A stretch of DNA of 20,000 nucleotides from NCBI RefSeq assembly GCF_004010195.1, contig NC_057749.1, forward strand, positions 20,623,273 to 20,643,272, given 5' to 3'. The notes below the pieces were generated by a model that saw nothing but the letters and a program-made list of their open reading frames with translations, did no database searches and was not told where the DNA came from. This DNA comes from Chiloscyllium plagiosum (lineage: Eukaryota). Below are positions 1 through 10,169 of the stretch, in pieces. Numbering within the stretch: position 1 is the stretch's first letter; each line of letters begins with the position of its first letter. The translations under genes were made by a program, and so were the position numbers.

Positions 1-3
1 GGT

Positions 4-79
4 TATTTAACAAGGGTTACCAATACCGAGCCTGATTATTGACCTCAACCAAATAGTGCAGTCCTGACAAGTGAAAATT
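4..79 (+). repeat. Left arm, outer part, of a diverged inverted repeat (partner 4794-4968)
   Basis: 34-54 GATTATTGACCTCAACCAAAT matches the reverse complement of 4914-4934 at 20/21. Similarity extends from ~4 to the LINE junction at ~79. Confidence 0.8.
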
Positions 80-3000
80 AGAACACAGAACAGTACAGTA
101 CAGTACAAGCCCTTCAGCACTACTCCAAACTAGCCTACATACCCTTCATTTTACTATCATCCATGTGCCTATTCAAGAGTTGCTTAAATATCCCTAATGT
201 ATCTGATTCTACTACCCCTGTTGGCAGTGCATTTCAGGCACCCACCACTCTGTGTAAAGAACTGACCTCCGACATCTCCCCTAAACCTTCCTCAAATCAC
301 CTTAAAATTATGCCCTCTTGGAATATACATTTCTACACTGGGAAAAAGTCTCTGGTTATCCACTCTATCTATGCCTCTCATCATCTTGTACACCTCTATC
401 AAGTCACTCTTATCCTTCTTCACTCCAATGAGAAAAGCCCTCAAACTTTCTTCATAAGACATGACCTCCAGTCCATGAAGTTTCCTGGTAAATCTCCTCT
501 GTATCCTCTTGAAAGCTTCCACATCGTTCCTATAATGAGGCGATCAGAACTGAACACAATATTCCTGAACACAAGTGTGGTCTAATCAGGGCTTTATAGA
601 GCTGCAGCGTAACTTTGTGGCTCTTAAATTCAATCCCCCTGCTAATGAAAGCCAACACACCATACGCCTTAACAACACTATCAACTTGGGTGGCAACGTT
701 TGAGGGATCTATGGACATGGACCCCAAGATCCCTCTGTTCCTCCACACTGCCAAGAATCCTGTCTTTAACCCTGTAATCTGCATTCAAATTCGACCATCC
801 AAAATAAATCACTTCACTCTTTTCCAGGTTGAACTCCATCTGCCACTTCTCAGCCCAGCTCTGCATCCTGTCAATGTCCCGTTGCAACATGCAACAGCCC
901 TCCACACTATCCACAACTCCACCAACCTTCATGTCATCAGAAAACTTACTAAACCACCCTTCCATTAATAAAAATCAAAAACAGCAGAGGTCCCAGAACA
1001 GATCCCTGTGGAACACCAATGATCACCGAGATCCAGGCTGAATACTTTCAATCTACTACCACCCTCTGTGTTCTATGGGCCAGCTAATTCTGTACCCAAA
1101 CAGCCAATTTTCCTGTATCCCATGCCTCCTTACTGTCTACCATGGGGAACCTTGTCAACCACCTTGCTAAAATCCATGTACACCACATCCACTGCTCTGC
1201 CTTCATCAATATGTTTGTCACATCCTCAAAGAATTCAATAAGGCTTGTGAGGCATAACCTGCACCCTCACAAAGCTATGCTGACTATCTCTAATCAAGCT
1301 ATGCTTTTCCAAATAATCATAAATCCTGTCTTGCAGAATCCTCTCCAATAATTTGCTCACCACAGACGCAAGGCTGACTGGTCTGTTATTCCCCAGGGTT
1401 ATCACTATTCCTTTTTTTGAACAAAGGAATAACATTTGCTACCCTTCAATCATCCGGTACTGCTCCAGTGGACAGTAAGGATGCAAAGATCATCACCAAA
1501 GGCGCAGCAATCTTCCCTCGCTTCCTGTAGTAATCTTGGGTAAATCCTGTCTGGCACAGGGGACGTATCTATCCTCATGTTTTTCAAAATTTCCAGCACA
1601 GCCTCTTTCTTAATATCAATCTGTTTGAGCGTATCAGCCTGTTTCACGTCTTCACAAATGACAAGGTCCCTCTCAGTAGTGAATACTGATGCAAAGTATT
1701 CATTAAGGACCTCCCCACCTTCTCCGACTGCAGCCACAAGTTCCCTCCACTATCCCTGATTGGCCCTACCCTCACTCTGACCATTCTCGTTTCTCACATA
1801 GAATGCTTTGGGGTTTTCCTTACTCCTACCCGCCAAGGCTTATTCATGCCCCCTTCTAGCTCTCCTAAGTCCATTCTTCAGTTCCTTCCTGGCTACCTTG
1901 TAACCCTCCAGAGCCCTGTCTGATACTTGCTTCCTCAACCTTAAGCAAGCTTCTTTCTTTCTCTTGACTAGATGTACCACATCCCTTGTCACCCAAGGTT
2001 CCTTCACCCTACCATCCCTTTCTTGCCTCAGTGGGACAAACCTATCCAGCACTCGCAGCAAGTCCTCCGTAACAATCTCTACATTTCTGTCATGCATTTG
2101 CCGAAGAATATCTGATCCCAGTTTATGCTCCACAGTTCCTGCCTAATAGCATTGTAATTCCCCCTCCCTCAAATAAATACTTTTCCATTCTGTCTGCTCC
2201 TATCCCTCTCCATGAGTATAGTAAAACTCAGGGATGTTGTGATCACTATCGCCAAAATGCTCTCCTTCTGAGAGATCTGACACCTGGCCTGGTTCATTGC
2301 AAAGCATCAAATCCAATATGGTATCTCCTCTGATCGGCCTACCTACATATTGAGTCAGGAATCCTTCCTGGACACGCCTGACAAAATCTGCTCCATCCAA
2401 ACTATTTGCACTAAGGAGGTTCCAATCAATATTAGGGAAGTTGAAGTCACCCATGGCAATAACCCTGTTACTTCTGCGCCTTTCCAAAATCTGTCTCCCA
2501 ATCTGCTCCTCCGTGTCTCTTTTGCTATTAAGAGGTCTATAGAAAACTCCCAATAAAGTGACTGCTCCTTTCCTGTTTCTGACTTCCACCCATACTGACT
2601 CTGTGGACAAACCCCCCTCGCCGCCCTTCCTTTCTAGCTGTGATATTATCCCTGATTAGCAATGCCACTCCCCCACCTCTTTTACATCCCTCCCTATTCC
2701 TTTTGAAACACCCAAACCCCGCAACATCCAACAACCATTCCTGTCCCTGTGATATCCAAGTCTCCATAATAGCCACAACAACATAGCTCCAAGTATTGAT
2801 CCATGCTCTAAGTTCATCACCCTTATTCCTGACACCTTTTGTGTGAAAATAGACACATTTCAACCCATCACACTTACTGCACCTTTGCCCTATCAACTGA
2901 CTATTCCTCCTCACAGACTCTCTGCATGCTGTATCTGCCTGTTCACCAAATACCCCATTCTCTGACCCATAGCTCCAGTTCCCACCCCCCTGCCAAACTA

Positions 3001-3870
3001 AACCCTCCTGAAGTGCGCTAGCAAACCTCCTGCCCAGGATATTGGTGCCCCTCCAGTTCAGGTGCAACCTGTCATCCTTGTGCAGGTCCCACCTTCCCCA
3101 GAAAGTATCCCAATGATTCACCTATCTGAATCCCTCCCTCCTACACCAGCTTTGCAGCCACGTGTTCAGCTGCACTTGCTCTCTGTTCCTAGCCTCACTA
3201 GCCTATGGCACCGGTAGCAATCCTGAGATTACTACTCTGCTCGTCCTGCATTTTAGCTTCCAACCTAACTCCCTCTATTCACTTTTCAGGTCCTCATCCC
3301 TTTCCCGAGCTATGCTGTTGATACAGATTGTATACCACGAATTCTGGCTGCTCACCCTCCCCATAAGAATCCTGCAGATTTAAGAAATCCCTGACCCTGG
3401 CACTCGGGAAACAACATACCATCCAGGAGTATCATTCACGACCACAGAATCTCCTGTCTGTTCCTCTAACCATTGAATCTCCTATCACTATCGCTCTCTT
3501 ATTCTCCCCTCTTCTGAGCCACAAAGCCAGGCTCAGTGCTAGAGACCTGGCCACTTATTACTGAGGGGAATGGTCACAGGGGGTCCCTGCACTGTCTGCC
3601 TATTCCCTTTCCCTCTCCTGATGGTCACCCAGCTACCTTTGTCCTGTATGACTACCTTCCTATAACTCCTCTCTATCACCCCCTCAGCCTCCTGAATGAT
3701 CCGAAGTTCATCCAGCTCCAGCTGGAACCTCCAGTTCCCTCATGCGGTCTGTGAGGAGCTGGAGTTGAGTGCACTTCTCGTAGGTGAAGTCAGCAGGGAC
3801 ACCAGTGGTGACCCTTACCTCCACATGCTGGAAGAGGAGCGTGCAACTGCCCTAGCTTCCAGCCCTTTTG
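80..3870 (-). mobile_element. Near full-length, frameshifted CR1-clade (HER1-like) LINE: ORF1 (Zn-finger/coiled coil + SGNH esterase) and ORF2 (APE endonuclease + RT)
   Basis: Minus-strand peptide fragments lie in the expected order. ORF1: N-terminus (L/M)EARAVA..SSMW..DFTYEKCTQLQLLTDRMREL (~3862-3730), AIVIGDSMVRG (~3495-3463), D-x-x-H motif DRLHLN (~3070). Endonuclease: LKCVYF..., VVAIMETW, GVFYRP, MGDFNFP, ILDLMLCN, GDSDHN (2870-2200). RT: NRPVSLASVVSKLLE and SKFSDD. C-terminus: IQRRFTR...DLIEVYKMMRG. The 3' tail (CAGTA/AGAAC repeats on +) is at 80-105. Confidence 0.95.
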
Positions 3871-3872
3871 TT

Positions 3873-3959
3873 CTAAATTGTATTTGCACATGCTGGGACT
3901 TGTTCCAGAATGTGCACACTCCGACTGCAGCACGTTGGGAATGGTAAACATGGTTACTT
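3873..3959 (+). repeat. Left arm, inner part, of the same inverted repeat (continues after the LINE)
   Basis: 3932-3959 ACGTTGGGAATGGTAAACATGGTTACTT matches the reverse complement of 4794-4821 at 25/28. CTAAATTGTATTTG at 3873 matches the reverse complement of ~4860-4874. Confidence 0.8.
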
Positions 3960-4535
3960 GCTGAAAACTACAGCTGTTCAATCACCTCAGATGCCAGCTT
4001 GTGGAGAAAACAATGATTCAAACCCTTGCCTTTTCAGCAAGACTGAGGTCTCTTAGCAAAATTGTTAATGAAAATACTGATTCTCACAAATGTTAATTTT
4101 ACAATTAACTTTAAAGACCCTATTGGGAAATACATATTATTCCCCCCACCCACCCCCCAGTCTTCAAAATTTATTAGGTGTTTCAGTTATTGTAAAAGCA
4201 AGTAAGGTGATGGAATACATTATTCAAAATAATTTAGGAAAACAAAGGAATGTGTATACAAGACAATCTCAGTTGCAAATATGTTTAAAAAGTGTCTAGT
4301 GTACAAATACATGACACCGTGTATAGTGCTGAAATGTGACGTAGAAAGTATATGTAGCCTTCCTACTTTCACTTTATTTGTCATGATATATAGATAAATA
4401 GATTTGTATATAGGTATAAAAATAGCTGTGTTCAAAAATACTTTAAAAATCACAGCAGTAGATTCCCAAAGAATATAATGTTAGAGAACAAAATATTGCA
4501 GTCACGAGACCAAGAATGATGAGATATGTGATAAT

Positions 4536-4752
4536 AGCTGGGGATTGCTTAGCTCTGTTAGTTGGATGCTGGTTCTAATGTAGAGTGATACCAACAGTGT
4601 GGGTTTAATTCCCCTTCCAAATCACCAAAATAGTTCTAGATTTCACCCTTTGGCAGAAACCTGGTAACCCTCAGGTTACACTCACCTTCAGCTGTCTCTC
4701 TTTAAATGAGAGAAAACAGTCTACAGTCCTCTGGGACTGTGGCAACTTTTCA
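4536..4752 (+). mobile_element. Old tRNA-derived SINE
   Basis: A-box-like TAGCTCTGTTAG (4550-4561) and B-box-like GGTTTAATTCC (4602-4612). The body GGTAACCCTCAGGTTACACTCACC...GTCCTCTGGGACTGTGGCAACTTT resembles a shark SINE family recalled from memory. Confidence 0.55.
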
Positions 4753-4793
4753 TTTTCAATATAATACAGTTAACAGTAAGAGATAATACATTT

Positions 4794-4968
4794 AAGTAAC
4801 CAAGTTTACTGTTCCCAACGTATCGCAAACTGACTGTGCATGCTGTGACCCAGTTTATACAAGTACAATTTTAGCAGTGGTTTTCTCACTTACCAAAAGT
4901 GTACTATTAAGGAATTTGGTCGAGGTCAATAATCTGGCCTCAGCAATCTGATCCCTTGTAATTAAATA
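4794..4968 (-). repeat. Right arm of the diverged inverted repeat (uninterrupted)
   Basis: Its reverse complement aligns colinearly with 4-79 joined to 3873-3959. Confidence 0.8.
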
Positions 4969-5225
4969 GTGCAGAAGTCACCATCAAAGCAGAAATGTAG
5001 AACAAAATTCACAGACCTGGCAATATAATTTCCTATCTGGTTATTTTCCCATTAAAGATGTGGAACAAATACTAGAATATAACTTGCCCAACCATGACAC
5101 ATCATGATGATCATGGCAATGATTTATAAATACTATGTTCATACCTCACAGATTCATAAATTTTCTTTTTCATTTGTTTCATGTTGTTGATTCCTAACTT
5201 ACTTACACAGGACAATCAGTCTCAA

Positions 5226-5600
5226 CAGGCCTTCCAATTTTTTTTTCCAAATGTGGTTCCTTTTAAGGCTTAAAAATTTCAGGACCTAACTGTAAGCACC
5301 ATGGATCTAGGGTTGAGAGAAGCTGAGGTCCAGGAGTGTACACTGTGGAGGCCAAGGATTCAATCTTTAGATATTTTTAAACATTTGCCTTTTCATTGGC
5401 TTTTTAAAGATCAGGAATCAGACCTTAAAGCTCAGTCAGGTAGATTATAAGCATCATAAGTAAAGCGTAAGGACTTAACTGGGGCCTTGCGGATGTTAAC
5501 ACTCAATCAAAGCTTCAAATCAGCCATTGCTGGCTTAGAGCTTGCAACTCCAGATTTTTAACTCATGAGCCCACTGGGGAATACAGTTTGGGAAACCCTG
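5226..5600. mobile_element. Possible non-autonomous hAT (Charlie-like) DNA transposon/MITE
   Basis: The right end AGTTTGGGAAACCCTG (5585-5600) is typical of hAT-Charlie TIRs. There is a degenerate left counterpart CAGGCCTTCCAATTT at 5226. The right flank CCTTAGAT resembles the nTCTAGAn target, but no matching left TSD is seen. Confidence 0.4.
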
Positions 5601-5690
5601 CCTTAGATTAACTAACGGAACACAGGCCAAGTTTCAAACTTAGGATTTTCCTGGTGCAGTTAATTATCAGATGAACTCAGTGAGCCATCC
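5601..5690 (-). mobile_element. Possible degenerate tRNA-SINE head
   Basis: The reverse complement reads GGATGGCTCACTGAG...CCAGGAAAATCCTAAGTTTGAAACTTGGCCTGTGT, with A-box-like and degraded B-box-like motifs. Confidence 0.3.
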
Positions 5691-6308
5691 AAACACACAC
5701 TAATAAACAATGCAATTATCACCAAACTTTTGCTGGCTGAAAATGAACAAATTCAGTTGTTTTGACCTGCAGAATTTCTTCTGACACCTTGGAGATGTGC
5801 TCTATGATTAATTACTTCTGTGAAAAGCAAACACATTGTTTGATACACAATGTGGTTTCACAGGACATATTTCTCACGTCTAATGAGGCTAGTTTAATAC
5901 TAGCCTTTCCTGGAAAAATATTTCAGAACATATTGCCATATCCCTTCTTCCCTTCAATCTAAATAAAATCTGCCACATTTCAGAAAACTGTCAAGCTTAG
6001 TTCAATATTCCCAAAGCACCGCTTTTAAAAAAAAACAACGCAATAGAGCTTCTGGAATGGAGTGAGTGCACTTCAACTTTTGAAAAAACAAGCCATCTGT
6101 TATCATTTTTTTCTTAAAAGGAATGGTTTCACCACTGTTTTCAAATTAAATTTATGTGGGAATACTTAAAACAGCAACACCTTTGCTATTATGCTTTTCT
6201 TTCCCTGATGAACTAGCATACATATACCACAGACCACAACAAACGTCAGCCTGCAAATTAACTCTACTTGACTGAGAAGCGCTAGTTACCTTGAGTCACT
6301 ACACCTAC

Positions 6309-6471
6309 CTTGAAGTGCTCCATCATCAGTTGTTTGTGCATGTAGAGCAGTTTACACACAGGACACTTGTACACACACACTCTCAACTTGTTTTTGTGCT
6401 GTTCCAAGTGTTTATGTAACAAAGCTCGCTGGTTGAATACAGTTTCGCACATTGAACACTTTAAGATGACT
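6309..6471 (-). CDS. ZNF592: Internal coding exon of a ZNF532/ZNF592/ZNF687-family C2H2 zinc-finger gene (ZNF592 favoured, paralog not certain)
   Basis: Minus strand: acceptor ...atatttctcaacttacAG (AG at 6473-6472), then 1 nt plus 54 codons VILKCSMCETVFNQRALLHKHLEQHKNKLRVCVYKCPVCKLLYMHKQLMMEHFK, then donor AAG|GTAGGT (GT at 6308-6307). It holds one complete C-x2-C-x12-H-x3-H finger and a second finger (C-x2-C-x12-H) completed in the next exon. It is colinear with the remembered ZNF532 segment IIYKCSMCDTVF...VFKCPDC.LLYAQKQLMMDHIK. The family call is strong; the paralog choice rests on recalled residues only. Confidence 0.8.
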
Positions 6472-6867
6472 CTGTAAGTTGAGAAATATTTTACATCAGC
6501 AACCAACCCACTGACATCATAAGCACCAAACAGAAGTCTTACCACTTTGAAATCATATTAAAAAAAAGTTGAAGAAGTTATTAAGGCCGCACTCCTTTAA
6601 GCTCTCCACTTTCTTATAAATTGCATCGTGGTAATTAATGAAAAGCTATAGCACCGAAGGCCAAAATGTGAGGCTAAGTGACAGAAGATCGCAATTTCAT
6701 TGCCACAGTTCAGTAGAATGGAGGTGGTTGTTTTGACCAGGAGTCCTATTCAGCTATTTTTAAAATAAAAGGATAAGTGTTCTATAGGGTGTAAGCTTTT
6801 CTTTTAATGTAAGGATAAAGTCTTTGCCATGTTTATGCCGCCTTTCCTGAACATGATCAATGCGTCG

Positions 6868-7221
6868 CATTGAAACCTGCAGAATACTAAGAGGCCTGGA
6901 TAGATTGGATGTGAAGATAATGTTTCCACAAGTAGGAGAGATTAGGATCTGAGGGCCTCAACGTCAGAGTGAACAAGTAACACCTTAGAACTTAGACGAG
7001 GAGGAATTTTTACAGCCAGAGGGACGTGAATCTGTGGAACTTATTGCCACAGAAGGCTGTGGAGGCTAAGTCATTGTCTTTAAGACAGAGATAGATAGCA
7101 CTCTTGATTAGACAGGGGATCAAGGTGAAGGCAGGAAAATGGAGTTTAAAAACATATCAGCCATAATTGTGTGGTGGAGCAGATTTGACGGGCCAAATGG
7201 CCTAATTCTGATCCTGTCTTT
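6868..7221 (+). mobile_element. CR1 LINE 3' fragment
   Basis: Encodes IETCRILRGLDRLDV..MFP.VGE.R and TRRNFYSQR.VNLWNLLPQKAVEA. It ends in the CR1 3' UTR GGGCCAAATGGCCTAATTCTG and is homologous to the minus-strand copy at 11290-11700. Confidence 0.9.
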
Positions 7222-7528
7222 TGGCATCATTATTGAAATTTACTCATAAGATCACTTAAAAATGAAATGTATTGCCAATTTGCTGTGCATTTTTTTCATG
7301 GAGTAACATGAATAGAAATCACAGTGGCAGCACATGTCATTGAAATGGCTACTGAGAAGTGCATAAGACCCGACAAGACCTGTGCGTAACTGATTAACTT
7401 CAATTTTCCCTGAACAAAAGGTAACTGTGTCCAAATTAAGTTGCCAAATTGATTTATTTTGCACTGGAACTTACATGCATGTTAATAAACACAAGACCAC
7501 AAGTATGTTATCAATAATTCTCAGTACT

Positions 7529-7587
7529 TTTTAAAATATTTGCTCTAGAGAAGTGAGCATGGCTGGCAAGGCCAACATTTATTACTC
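7529..7587 (-). mobile_element. 3' end of an older CR1/L2-clade LINE (continues at 8965)
   Basis: GTGAGCATGGCTGGCAAGGCCAACATTTATT is homologous to 15925-15985 (ATGGGATGTCAGTGTCACTGGCTC...ATTTATCC), where it is followed directly by CTAGTTGCCCTTGAGAAGGTG, the sequence seen at 8965. Confidence 0.65.
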
Positions 7588-8964
7588 AGTCATAGAGTCA
7601 TACAGCATGGAAACAGACCTTTCAGTCTGCACCAACCAGACATCCCAATTTGACCTAGTCCCATTTGCCAGCATTTGACCTATATTCCTCTAAACATTTC
7701 CTATTCATTTATCCATCCAGATGCCTTTAAAATGCTACAATTGTACCAGCCTCCACCACTTCCTCTGGTAACTCATTCCGTACCTATACCACGCTCTGCA
7801 CGAAAGACTTACCCCTCAGGTCCTTTCTAAACCTATCCCTCTCACCTTAAACCTATGCCCTCTAGGTTTGGACTCCCCCACCCTAGGAAATAGACCTTGG
7901 CTATTCACTCTATCCACGCCCCTCATGATTTTATAAACCTCGATAAGATCACCCTCAGCCTCTGAAGATTCAAGGAACAAAACCACAGTTTATTCAGCCT
8001 TTCCCTATAAATCAAACCCTCCGGTCCCGGCAACATCTTTGTAAATCTTTTCTGCACACTTTCAAGTTTAACAACATCCTTCCCGTAGAAGGTTGACCTG
8101 AAGTGTATGCAGTATTCTAAAAGTGGCCTCACCACTGTCCTGGACAGCCACATGATATCTCAACTCCTATACTCAATGTTCTACCAATGAAGGCAAGTGT
8201 GCTAAATACCTTCTTCACCACCCTATCTACCTATGCACCCGCACCTCTAGGTCTCACAGAGATCCCCCTGTGGAGTTTGCACATTTCCCTCATGTTTTCT
8301 CCAGGTGTTCTGGTTTCCTCCTACAGTCCAAAGATGTGCAGGTGGATTGGCCATGCTGAATTGCCTACAGTATCCAGGGACACACAAGTTAGGTGGATAA
8401 GCTATAGAAAACGCAGGGTTACTGGTACAGGGTAAGCATAAGGGGATGGATCTGGGTGGGTTGCTCTTCAGGGGGTTGACGTAGATTTAATGGGCTGAAT
8501 TGCCTGCTTTCACCCTGTAGGGATTCTATCGATTAGTGTATGTCCTGCCCTGATTTGCCTTAGCAAAATGCAACATCTCTTAATTATCTAAATTAAATTC
8601 CGTCTGCTACTCCTCGGCCCATTCGCCCATCTGATCAAGGTCCCGTTGCACTCCGAGATAATCTTTGTCATTGTCCACTACACTACCTATTTTGGCATCA
8701 TCTGTAAACTTACTAACTGTACCTCCAATATTCACATACGTGTTGAAAAGCAGTGGACCCAGCACTGATCCTTGTGGCACACACCGGTCACAGGCCAAAG
8801 TATGAAAAGCAACTCTCTACTACCATCCTCCATCTCCTACCTTTATAGCAAATTTATATCCAATTGGCTATCTCCCACAGATCCCTTGTGATCTAACCTT
8901 ACTAACCAGCCTACCATGCAGACACTTGTTGTTGGACACTTTGTTAAGTCCGTAAAGCCAACCT
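7588..8964 (-). mobile_element. 5'-truncated CR1 (HER1-like) LINE, interrupted by a SINE
   Basis: Tail AGTCATAGAGTCATACAGC on +. Peptides VPQGSVLGPLLF..SKFTDD (8607-8798) and LEYCIHF..VQKRFTKMLPG (7923-8153). Highly similar to 16436-17557. Confidence 0.92.
8256..8530 (+). mobile_element. 5'-truncated HE1-type (V-SINE) element
   Basis: TGTGGAGTTTGCACATT...TCTGGTTTCCTCCTACAGTCCAAAGATGTGCAGGTGGATTGGCCATGCTGAATTGCC matches the full SINE at 19674-19997. Confidence 0.85.
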
Positions 8965-9280
8965 CTAATTGCCCATAAGAAGGTGAGCCGCCTGTTTGAA
9001 CTGTTTTAACAGGTGTGGCGTAGGGGCACAAGCAGTACAATTAGGAAGGAAGTTCCAGGAGTTTGACCGAGCAACAGTGAAGGGACACTGATATAGTTCC
9101 CAGTCGGGTGGCGTGATTTGGAGGTAACTTGCAGGTGGTGGTGTCTCCATGGACCTGCTGCACTGGCCCTTTTAGGTGGTAGAGGTCACATACTTTGGAA
9201 GGTGCTGCCAAAGGATCCTCTGCTCGATGAACACAATAACTACAGAGTAGCCAACTGCCTTCAACAACAGCCACAGTAAC
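8965..9280 (-). mobile_element. Older CR1/L2-clade LINE 3' region (continuation of 7529-7587)
   Basis: CTAATTGCCCATAAGAAGGTGAGCCGCC...GGAAGTTCCAGGAGTTTGACC..GCAACAGTGAAGG is colinear with 15987-16200. Confidence 0.75.
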
Positions 9281-10169
9281 CTTTAATAAATTTTGATACA
9301 TAGTATCTTCACAGGGGGGTGGCAAATTAAGTCATAAGAATTAAAGAAAAACCTTACAGTTTAAAAATGAATACAAATAGAAAATGCATCAAGTGCACAA
9401 ATATGTTGGCATTTATATAAAAAAAAGCTCAACATGATTAAGATCTATGATGTATTTGTACTTTCTCTTTACACCTGCTGACAAATTTGTTGCACATTCC
9501 AGTAACAACATTTTCTGCTTTAGTGGCAAAAAGGAGAAGCAATGTACTGTAAACACAAATGAGCTTGGCACGTAAAAAATGTGGTAACACTAACAGCAGT
9601 AATGTGCGTGTTTCAAAACATAGTGATATGGAATTGAGATAATCTAAATTTGTAGATGAAAATGAAAAGAAACATTTAGGAGAAAATAATCACCTTAGCC
9701 ATGATAACCAGCATTGTAAGACTGAGTTACATTTGGATTTCTATGCACAATTTTCCCACAAAAATTATTTAGTATCTGTTTCACAGAGAAGACTGCAGCT
9801 TTAATTTTCTGACTGGTAGAATATTTTCCAATGTAGGTGGTTCTTTATTCCTTTACAACCTTAAGCTTGACTGACACCAGATATCTGGGCTGATGGACTA
9901 GCAACATATGACAATGCCTAGAAATCTGCTCTGTATTCACTAGTAGAAATAAAATCATAAGTTACTTGGAATACAAGCTTGAATAGATGAGGTAGTTCAA
10001 TAAAACTGAACTATCTGTAGTCTTATCTGTAAAAAACTGTTTCTTACCTACATTAGTAATCACTGTCTTCACTAGACAGATACTGAACTTCAATTTTCAT
10101 GTCTAATTATTGGATTGAGACTGCAAAGCCTTTCAAAATAGGCCACTACATTTTGATCATGCGGAATGA

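Noticed and set aside
80..110. Short tandem repeats (CAGTA)n, and (TAATC)n at 19973, as CRISPR-like or satellite arrays
   Set aside because: They are the 3' tails of LINE/SINE elements and have no spacers; the context is eukaryotic.
163..2556. Several + strand ORFs of 60-140 aa (163-585, 615-968, etc.)
   Set aside because: They are antisense shadows of the minus-strand CR1 ORF2 and show no independent protein motifs.
4142..4158. C-rich tract (G6-T-G3-T-G6 on the minus strand) as a G-quadruplex
   Set aside because: It has only three separate G-runs and is likely simple low-complexity sequence.
6282..6545. 87-aa ORF as a stand-alone zinc-finger gene
   Set aside because: Only 6309-6471 is bounded by splice sites and family-like; the flanking residues are intron read-through.
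10040..10080. Minus-strand GTAAG donor near 10044-10048 as a further zinc-finger exon
   Set aside because: The adjacent sequence shows no Cys/His zinc-finger pattern and no convincing open frame or acceptor.
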